This document shows, in pieces, positions 9,507-18,392 of a DNA stretch of 32,514 bases (positions are counted from its first letter, which is position 1; each line of letters begins with the position of its first letter). The position numbers and the translations under genes were made by a program. The notes beneath the pieces are model-generated. The model was given only the letters and a program-made list of their open reading frames with translations. It ran no database searches and was not told the DNA's origin. Where the stretch lies: the NCBI GenBank assembly GCA_964529155.1, contig CAZGVV010000016.1, positions 1-32,514 of the forward strand. Direction: 5' to 3'. This DNA is from an uncultured Rickettsiales bacterium. Lineage in GTDB: Bacteria; Pseudomonadota; Alphaproteobacteria; Rickettsiales; SXRF01.

Positions 9507-11054
9507 ATGTCCCTTATTAAATCCACTGCCACCATCGGAGTTTACACGCTAATCTCGCGGTTGCTCGGGTTTTTCCGTGACGTAACCATCGCCTCCAGCC
9601 TCGGCGCCAGCTGGCTCTCGGACGCTTTTTTTGTTGCCTTTAAAATTCCCAATTTCATGCGTCGATTGTTTGCTGAAGGCGCCTTCAACTCCGCCTTCGT
9701 GCCACTCTATGCTGGGACGCTTGCTGAAGAAAATGGCCGTGCCAAAGCCGCACTGTTTGCTGATGAAGCCTATTCCTTTCTTCTTGCCGTATTATTGCTA
9801 TTCAGCTCTGTCTTTATTCTAGCTATGCCGTGGCTCATGTGGATTCTGGCTCCCGGTTTCACTGATAACCCGCAAAAATACACGCTCACCGTGTTACTTA
9901 CACGGATCACTATGCCGTATATTATCTTCATCTCCATCGTTTCGCTCCTCGGTGGTATGCTCAATAGCGTAGGCCGTTTCGCCGCTGTCGCCGCCACGCC
10001 TATCATCATGAATATCTGTCTTATCATCATTCCGCCGATGATTAACCGTTTCGTCCCCACCGGCGCGCATGCGTTGGCCATCGCCGTGCTCATTTCCGGT
10101 GTGGCGCAAATGCTATGGCTCATGGTGTGGTGCAAACGCCTAAATATCATGCCTACCTTGCGTCCGCCGCGCCTCACGGCGGAAGTAAAACGCCTATTAA
10201 AACTCATCGCCCCTGCTGCCATGGGCGCAGGCGTTGCCCAGATCAATTTGTTCGTAGACCTCATCATCGCCTCACAAATCAGCAACGGTGTATCGTATCT
10301 TTATTACGCCGACCGTATCAGTGAATTACCGCTTGCCGTCATTGGCATTGCCATTGGCACCGCCTTACTGCCATTACTGTCCCGCCATATCCGTGAAGGC
10401 AAACACGCCAGCGCCCACGCCAGCCAGAATCGCGCCATCGAACTCGCGCTTCTGCTTGCATTGCCCGCCGCCGCGGCCCTCATGACCATTTCTATTCCGG
10501 TTATCCAGGTGTTGTATGAGCGTGGCGCCTTCACTGTTGACGACACCCGCAAAACCGCCTCCGCTTTAATCGCTTTCGCCGCTGGCTTGCCCGCATTTGT
10601 TTTGGTTAAAGTGCTTGGCCCGGCATTTTACGCCAACCGCGATACCAAAACCCCATTTCAAATCGCGCTTATCTGCATCAGCGTAAATTTCCTGCTCAAC
10701 ATCACGCTCATCTATCCTTTTGCCCATGTCGGTATGGCCATTGCCACCGCCATTGCTGCCTGGCTCAACGTCGCCCTCATGATGCGGATACTGCTTAAAC
10801 GCGGTATGTTCGTATGGGATCGGCTATTGCTTGCTCGCCTTCCCCGTATGTTGGTTGCCGCCGGTCTTATGTCGGTTACCCTGTGGTACTTTTCCGCCCC
10901 GCTTGCCCACTGGCTTGTTGGCTCTACTATCGCCCGTTTTGTTGCGCTCAGTATATTGGTGACGATAGGATTAGTCGTATATGGTGCTGCTGCACTTATG
11001 CTCCGGGCAGTTGATGTGCCCCAATTCCGCAGGCTCATGCGAAAAGCTAAATAG
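9507..11054 (+). CDS. murJ: lipid II flippase MurJ (MviN)
   Basis: It is a 515-aa polytopic protein with the N-terminus ...SRLLGFFRD....A..LGAS..SDAFFVAFKIPN, typical of MurJ. Confidence 0.92.
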   Translation: MSLIKSTATIGVYTLISRLLGFFRDVTIASSLGASWLSDAFFVAFKIPNFMRRLFAEGAFNSAFVPLYAGTLAEENGRAKAALFADEAYSFLLAVLLLFSSVFILAMPWLMWILAPGFTDNPQKYTLTVLLTRITMPYIIFISIVSLLGGMLNSVGRFAAVAATPIIMNICLIIIPPMINRFVPTGAHALAIAVLISGVAQMLWLMVWCKRLNIMPTLRPPRLTAEVKRLLKLIAPAAMGAGVAQINLFVDLIIASQISNGVSYLYYADRISELPLAVIGIAIGTALLPLLSRHIREGKHASAHASQNRAIELALLLALPAAAALMTISIPVIQVLYERGAFTVDDTRKTASALIAFAAGLPAFVLVKVLGPAFYANRDTKTPFQIALICISVNFLLNITLIYPFAHVGMAIATAIAAWLNVALMMRILLKRGMFVWDRLLLARLPRMLVAAGLMSVTLWYFSAPLAHWLVGSTIARFVALSILVTIGLVVYGAAALMLRAVDVPQFRRLMRKAK

Positions 11055-11122
11055 GAATTGTCATAAAATTTTAACACTGTGAAGGACGTTTATATTATAG
11101 GTTTTCGTCATAACTGCTTAAA

Positions 11123-11515
11123 GTGAGTAATGCGATGACTGTTAAAAGACCTCACCATGCTCCTGATACAATTGTTTTTCACCCCATCATGGATTACAGC
11201 AATCTAAGCTTAGAGCATACCCAACTACCGTATGAGAAAGTTCAAAGACTTTGTTTGCGGATGAAGCATATTTATGAAAAAGCGAAAGAAATTCCTGGTA
11301 TTTGCCAAGAAGGACTTGATCTATATAAAAATATTTTGTTTTGCCTGGAAAATGAAGCAAAGAGGCCGACGTCACTTTCATATAAGAGTTTTATGCAATT
11401 AGCAGATTTGACACTTGCAACCTGCAGTAATCCTGCAGATAAGAAACATTACAAATCGCAGTGGAAAGAAATTTACAGCGATATTTTGACACGAAATATG
11501 TGTCTAGCAATGTGA
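11123..11515 (+). CDS. hypothetical 130-aa protein (AT-rich ORFan ending in CLAM)
   Basis: The ORF is intact, with a GTG at 11123 and an alternative ATG at 11135. It is visibly AT-rich. I recognise no family motif. Confidence 0.45.
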   Translation: MSNAMTVKRPHHAPDTIVFHPIMDYSNLSLEHTQLPYEKVQRLCLRMKHIYEKAKEIPGICQEGLDLYKNILFCLENEAKRPTSLSYKSFMQLADLTLATCSNPADKKHYKSQWKEIYSDILTRNMCLAM

Positions 11516-11540
11516 TAATCCTATCCGCAATGCACTTTTT

Positions 11541-11626
11541 TTCTTCACCCCTTCCTAACACCAACACCCCTTTCTTCTTTAACCTCTACAAGCAAGAGGT
11601 GTGAGTGTTAGAAAGGGGTGGAAGAA
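11541..11626. repeat. long imperfect inverted repeat (pyrimidine-rich arm / purine-rich arm)
   Basis: By hand alignment, arm 11541-11568 pairs with arm 11598-11626 at 25 positions, with 3 mismatches and 1 bulge. An inner stem pairs cctct (11583-11587) with agagg (11595-11599). Confidence 0.65.
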
Positions 11627-11639
11627 ATAAGATTAGGCC

Positions 11640-12019
11640 TTCCGGGGCATTTTTTCTTATGGCAAAGCTGAGAGTGAAGCCGGTAATTCCGGATCCGGCT
11701 GAGTGGCAAGTGAGCTCATGGGCTCGCGGCGGGTATCCAGCCTGCGCCGCGATGACCCTGTGTGGGTGAGAGAGGGGTAACTCTGTTTCATACCATACAT
11801 GCATAACATGGCGTGGCGGATGGTGTGGCGTGTCAATGCAAACAACAGTTGGTGGTTCTCCCATCCGCTGGCGTACGCAAATCACTCACACCGCCGGAAG
11901 AAGGTCTCGTGTGGTTGCAACCACCGCCCTCTACACGTGAGGGCGAACACTAACGACTATCAACGAAGGACTAATTACTATGCTTACAACAAACTAACTA
12001 AGTCCAGGCAAGCAAAGCA
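11640..12019. ncRNA. candidate structured RNA, class and strand unassigned
   Basis: There is no credible ORF, and the composition is not AT-rich. Several GC-rich stems are present: 11678-11683/11695-11700, 11724-11731/11745-11752, 11816-11823/11861-11868, 11911-11915/11920-11924 and 11925-11931/11939-11945. Confidence 0.3.
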
Positions 12020-13168
<1,149 letters not shown>

Positions 13169-13200
13169 TTAAAAAACAGAAAATAAACCGAAAGAAATGT

Positions 13201-14739
13201 TTATGACGTGGCCGTTAACTCAATTTTCTTAAGCCCCGCTAACACACGCAGCTTGGAGAGCGCATTTAAATACGCCAATGCGCTTGCAACCAGTGTGTCT
13301 ACATTGCTGCCATGCCCATTGACCACGCGGTTTTCTTTTGTTTGTAAACGCACGCTCACTTCTGATTGCGCATCCGTTCCGGCGGTGATGGCGCTTACTT
13401 GATAGAGCATCAAGGTGGCTTCATGCGGCACCAGTGCGCCGATGGCATTGAATACAGCATCAATCGGGCCATTACCCTCCACGGTGGCGCGTCGCACTTC
13501 GCCGTCCAGACGTAGCGCTAACATCGCTGTTTGCGGGCCAACGGTGCCGCAGGTAACATGGAGCGATTCCAATTGAATGGCGTCGGCACGCGAAGACTCC
13601 GCATCCAGAAGCGCCAAAATATCTTCATCGAATACTTCTTTTTTGCGATCAGCCAATTCTTTGAAGCGGTGGAATGCTTCTTCAAATGTATTGTCGCCAA
13701 TGGCAATACCCAGCTCATTCACTTTCTCGCGGAATGCATGGCGGCCGGAATGTTTGCCCAGCACCAGATTATTGCGTGTCAGCCCAATGGATTCGGGTGT
13801 CATGATTTCATAGGTGCTGGCGTGCTTCAACATGCCGTCCTGATGGATGCCGGATTCATGCGCGAAAGCATTGGCGCCGACAATAGCTTTATTCACCTGT
13901 ACATGCGCGCCGGTGATGCCTTGCACCATTTTAGACAGCTTCATAATATGCGTGGCATCAATGCCCATGGTGTAGTTGAACAAATCGCGCCGTGTTTTGA
14001 TCGCCATCACCACTTCTTCCAGCGCTGTATTACCTGCGCGCTCGCCGATGCCGTTGATGGTGCATTCAATCTGCCGCGCGCCGTTTTGTACGGCGGCCAG
14101 CGCATTGGCGGTGGCCAGGCCCAAATCATTTTGGCAATGGGTGGAGATGATGACCTTATCAATGCCTGCCACGCGCTCGCGCAGCATGTTAATCAACGCG
14201 CCGTAATCTTCGGGCGTGGCATACCCCACGGTATCCGGCACGTTCAGCGTCGTGGCCCCGGCTTTGATGGCGGTTTCAAAGGCTTTACATAAATAATCCG
14301 GGTCTGAACGCGTGGCGTCCATGGCGGACCACTCTACGTCATCGGTGAAGCGCCGCGCGAAGCTCACCGAGTCACGGATGATCTCCAGCACCTGCTCACG
14401 CGTCAGGCGGAACTGATGTTGCAGGTGGATGTCGCTGGTGGAAATAAAGGTATGGATACGCTTACGCTTCGCCCCTGCCAGCGCTTCCGCCGCCCGCTCA
14501 ATATCGCTGTTTTTGGCGCGCGCCAGCGAGCAAATCACCGCATTCTTCGCCCGCCCGGCAATCGACCGCACGGCCTCAAAATCGCCATTGCTGGCCATGG
14601 CAAACCCGGCCTCGATTACATCCACACCCATCGCATCGAGCGCTTCCGCCACCATGAGCTTTTCATTTAAATTCATGGACATGCCGGGCGATTGTTCGCC
14701 GTCACGGAGGGTGGTGTCGAAAATGATGAGTTGGGTCAT
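13201..14739 (-). CDS. leuA: 2-isopropylmalate synthase
   Basis: It has the N-terminus IFDTTLRDGEQSPG, the HxH metal site (HCQNDLG) and a C-terminal LeuA dimerisation/regulatory domain, in 512 aa. Confidence 0.93.
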   Translation of the reverse strand: MTQLIIFDTTLRDGEQSPGMSMNLNEKLMVAEALDAMGVDVIEAGFAMASNGDFEAVRSIAGRAKNAVICSLARAKNSDIERAAEALAGAKRKRIHTFISTSDIHLQHQFRLTREQVLEIIRDSVSFARRFTDDVEWSAMDATRSDPDYLCKAFETAIKAGATTLNVPDTVGYATPEDYGALINMLRERVAGIDKVIISTHCQNDLGLATANALAAVQNGARQIECTINGIGERAGNTALEEVVMAIKTRRDLFNYTMGIDATHIMKLSKMVQGITGAHVQVNKAIVGANAFAHESGIHQDGMLKHASTYEIMTPESIGLTRNNLVLGKHSGRHAFREKVNELGIAIGDNTFEEAFHRFKELADRKKEVFDEDILALLDAESSRADAIQLESLHVTCGTVGPQTAMLALRLDGEVRRATVEGNGPIDAVFNAIGALVPHEATLMLYQVSAITAGTDAQSEVSVRLQTKENRVVNGHGSNVDTLVASALAYLNALSKLRVLAGLKKIELTATS

Positions 14740-14787
14740 AAAATGAGTGATAATCTGCCAGTTGTGAAGATAAGTAAGTTATTACGC

Positions 14788-15171
14788 TTAAGCGCCGATT
14801 ACCAGCGTTTTTACTGGATATTCGGCAAGCTGTTTGTCGCCGGTAATTAAGGTCAAGTGTTCGGTTTTTGCCTGAGCCACTAACATTCGGTCAAACGGAT
14901 CGCCGTGAAGGGTGGGCAGTGAACGTAATGTTTCCACATGTATTTCCGTGATGGGCAGGCAGTCAAATCCGAGCGTAGGGAGGCTGGTGAAGAAATGCTT
15001 AGGCAGGGAAAGCTTGCCCTTGGCCTGTTTAATAGATAATTCCCAGGGGGTAATTACACTATAATAGACCTCTTTCGTCGGGTCTTGCAGCATATGCAGC
15101 ACGGGAGCAGGCATCCGTGTGTTTTCCTGCCGGAACCACAGTAAGGCATTGCTATCCAGCAAATAGCTCAT
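14788..15171 (-). CDS. PIN-domain toxin (VapC-like) of a type II TA pair
   Basis: LLDSNALLW carries the N-terminal Asp, ITPWEL follows, and HGDPFDRMLVAQA is a typical PIN signature. It overlaps the upstream antitoxin gene by 4 nt. Confidence 0.85.
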   Translation of the reverse strand: MSYLLDSNALLWFRQENTRMPAPVLHMLQDPTKEVYYSVITPWELSIKQAKGKLSLPKHFFTSLPTLGFDCLPITEIHVETLRSLPTLHGDPFDRMLVAQAKTEHLTLITGDKQLAEYPVKTLVIGA

Positions 15172-15413
15172 CGGTTGAATTTGTCTTCATCGGGGAAAAA
15201 CCATGCATCCGGCATTGGTTCGTCAAAATTGTCGGGGATGGTTAGCGTGCCTTTCATATCCCCTGAAACCCGCTTTTTTAGCTTCGGAGGCGCACCCAGC
15301 AACGCCACAGGCTTGCCATTATTGGTAATAATAACCTCCTCACCTGCCTCAATTTTCTTAATCAGGCGGGAGAGGTGGGTTTTAGCTTCGTGAATGGATA
15401 CGCGCTGGTGCAT
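15168..15413 (-). CDS. Phd/YefM-family antitoxin
   Basis: The N-terminus VSIHEAKTHLSRLIKKIEAGEEVIITNNGKPVA is typical of Phd/YefM. The gene is 81 aa and is coupled to the PIN gene. Confidence 0.85.
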   Translation of the reverse strand: MHQRVSIHEAKTHLSRLIKKIEAGEEVIITNNGKPVALLGAPPKLKKRVSGDMKGTLTIPDNFDEPMPDAWFFPDEDKFNR

Positions 15414-15419
15414 GTAACC

Positions 15420-15448
15420 AGTATGGCTAAGTTAGCTAAGTTTGTCAA
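15420..15448 (-). promoter_or_regulatory. candidate promoter/operator of the phd-PIN module
   Basis: On the minus strand: TTGACA (15443-15448), a 17-nt spacer containing the tandem aacttagct aacttagcc, then CATACT (15420-15425). The -10 hexamer ends 6 nt before the ATG. Confidence 0.45.
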
Positions 15449-15457
15449 GAAAGTCGT

Positions 15458-15500
15458 GGTTGCGAGCAGGGTAAACTACTCGCAACCCGCAACTCGCAAC
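15458..15500. repeat. 9-bp stem hairpin plus three tandem (c/t)cgcaac heptamers, directly after the fossil ilvC stop codon
   Basis: ggttgcgag (15458-15466) pairs with ctcgcaacc (15479-15487) across a 12-nt loop. The tandem units are ctcgcaac, ccgcaac and tcgcaac (15479-15500). Confidence 0.7.
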
Positions 15501-16732
15501 TAATTCTTCGCCTTATCCACCAGCTTGTATTTATATTCTAAAGTACCTGAACCTTCACATACTGGAAGATAAAGGAAATCGTCAGCTTGTATAATGATCT
15601 CATGATTAAGAGCCAATCCAACAGGAATCATCCATTTCCAACAGTTTTTATTCGCTACCCACGCAATATTTTCATTAATAGCTCTTTCTTCTAATTTTTG
15701 AGTAAGTGCTTGTTCTAGCCTATCAAGCCAATCGCAAAAATCATTTAAAATATTTCGTAAGGATTCAAACAAGTATATAATGCGTTCCTCTGGGTCTTGA
15801 GGCTTTTCAGAATTTTTGAGTTCTTCTATAAGGCTCTTATAAGTTTTGAGTGGGTTGTTGTGAGGCAATATTGGAGTTTGTTCCCTTGCATCCTTTAGCA
15901 GCTCTTCAAGCTTGTCTGGTTGATATTTCTTATGCCCCTTTATGCTGGCAGTGAGTTCCTTGGAAAATTTCTTTTTATCATCAAAGTATTGCCCTAGGGT
16001 TCCATTTTTTCCTACCCCCAATGCCTTATTGATTGCTATTGCTGCGTGTTGCCTTTGAGTGGAAGCCACTTCCTCTGCAAACATTGCATCTATAAATTTA
16101 CTCACCTGAAACTCAAAAGAATCTTCTATAAAATATCTAATTATTCCCATAATAAGTATTTTAGATTCGTCATCCTTTTGCTCACCTTGAAAGTTAATAT
16201 TATCAGGATAGTGAATTAGTCTTTGTCTAATGCCTGTGTAAGGAGCAAGTGCTAATTTCCACCAAGATTCATTATTTTCTAATTCTTTAAGTAGCTCTCT
16301 AACATTTGAAAACTTATCTGCTTCGCTTATTACATGAGTTTTAAAGCTATATCTTTTGGGAATACTTTCGCCATAAATATAGCGAATAAGCTTCCCGATA
16401 TTATCAGTTAATATGCTGAGGTAATTAAATAATGAATAAGTAGCCATTTCTGCTTTTTGTTGATTTAAAAATGCTGTGTGCAATGCAATTCCCGAATTAT
16501 AAAGTTTTTCTAATTCGAGAGAGGCTTCTTGCAGAAGTTCTAATGAGAAAAGAAATTTTTGTGCTATCTGACGATTATGAAATTCAAGCTGATGAATGTC
16601 CTTATTATCTGGATTAAAAATAGTAATATCATTGAATAAATGGTGTATTCCAAAAAGAAAAAAAGGAACGCCGGATTTAAGATAATCCGGCGTTCCTTTT
16701 TCCCAGCGGAATAAACCATGCCGTTTTGGCAT
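15500..16732 (-). CDS. hypothetical 410-aa protein (strongly AT-rich ORFan); start uncertain
   Basis: This is a long intact ORF. A hand count gives 17/60 G+C at 16141-16200, against 39/60 in ilvC at 17281-17340. It contains GIRQRLIHYP (an R-x4-H motif). An intrinsic terminator lies inside its first ~80 nt, and the next in-frame ATG is codon 96. Confidence 0.6.
   Translation of the reverse strand: MPKRHGLFRWEKGTPDYLKSGVPFFLFGIHHLFNDITIFNPDNKDIHQLEFHNRQIAQKFLFSLELLQEASLELEKLYNSGIALHTAFLNQQKAEMATYSLFNYLSILTDNIGKLIRYIYGESIPKRYSFKTHVISEADKFSNVRELLKELENNESWWKLALAPYTGIRQRLIHYPDNINFQGEQKDDESKILIMGIIRYFIEDSFEFQVSKFIDAMFAEEVASTQRQHAAIAINKALGVGKNGTLGQYFDDKKKFSKELTASIKGHKKYQPDKLEELLKDAREQTPILPHNNPLKTYKSLIEELKNSEKPQDPEERIIYLFESLRNILNDFCDWLDRLEQALTQKLEERAINENIAWVANKNCWKWMIPVGLALNHEIIIQADDFLYLPVCEGSGTLEYKYKLVDKAKN
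16651..16701 (-). terminator. rho-independent terminator following ilvC
   Basis: A perfect 17-bp inverted repeat (16661-16677 / 16684-16700) encloses a 6-nt loop. On the minus strand it is followed by tttcttttt, and it begins ~35 nt after the ilvC stop. Confidence 0.75.
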
Positions 16733-16735
16733 AGT

Positions 16736-17848
<1,113 letters not shown>

Positions 17849-17852
17849 TCAA

Positions 17853-18392
17853 TTAAATCCCGTCTTTCCCCCGCGCCATGGCCGCAACACCCGTCCGGCA
17901 GATTTCGATTAGGCCGAGGGGTTGCATATGGTGCAGAAAATCATCGATTTTCTCACTCGTGCCGGTGAGTTCAAAGACGAAACTCTCCGGCGTGGAATCC
18001 AGTATCCGGGCGCGGAACATGTCGGCGATGCGCAAGACTTCCGTGCGCATGTCGCCGGTGCCGCGCATTTTTACCAGCGCCAGCTCACGCTCCACGTGTG
18101 AGCCTTCCACAGTCAGATCATGGACTTTATAGACCGGAACCATCTTTTCCAGCAATTTGCGTATTTGCTCAATTACCATGGTTGTTCCGGAGGTTACGAT
18201 GGTGATGCGCGAGTATTTTTTCTCGTGTTCCACCTCAGCCACGGTGAGCGACTCAATGTTATACCCCCGCCCGGAAAACAACCCGATCACCCGCGCCAGC
18301 ACGCCGAATTCATTATCCACCAACACCGCAAACGTATGCCGCGCGGGCGCTTCGTGGGTGTCGGGGATATCGTATACGATGTCGAGGGTCAT
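17853..18392 (-). CDS. ilvH: acetolactate synthase small (regulatory) subunit
   Basis: It has the ACT domain N-terminus HTFAVLVDNEFGVLARVIGLFSGRGYNIESL, and it overlaps ilvB by 4 nt. Confidence 0.92.
   Translation of the reverse strand: MTLDIVYDIPDTHEAPARHTFAVLVDNEFGVLARVIGLFSGRGYNIESLTVAEVEHEKKYSRITIVTSGTTMVIEQIRKLLEKMVPVYKVHDLTVEGSHVERELALVKMRGTGDMRTEVLRIADMFRARILDSTPESFVFELTGTSEKIDDFLHHMQPLGLIEICRTGVAAMARGKDGI

Noticed and set aside
11724-11870. Cobalamin-riboswitch-like pieces on the minus strand: aggctggatacccgcc resembles the B12 box, and gggagaaccaccaactgt resembles the GGGAA...CCCGCAACUGU segment.
   Set aside because: Several invariant positions mismatch, and the intervening conserved elements (GGUGAAAUCC, GCCACUG...GGGAAGGC) are missing. 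No minus-strand gene lies downstream to be regulated. At most it could be a relic.
11586-11885. A 99-aa minus-strand ORF and the 76-aa plus-strand ORF at 11799-12029 inside the noncoding tract.
   Set aside because: Their composition is His/Pro/Arg/Cys-rich and unlike any protein family. I found no ribosome-binding site. One of them overlaps the mreB stop. The region is better explained as structured RNA or DNA.
11640-12019. The structured tract as RNase P RNA, tmRNA (one-piece or the permuted alphaproteobacterial form) or SRP RNA.
   Set aside because: The GGAAAGUCCGG core of RNase P is absent on both strands. The tetranucleotide tcga is absent, and there is no ttcaa or ttgaa, so there is no T-loop. 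The AN-initiated frame at about 11943 (ANTNDYQRR...) runs 28 codons and ends in polar residues, unlike a tag. The ccggaagaagg segment does not fit SRP helix 8. This was checked only by eye, so an Infernal scan is still needed.
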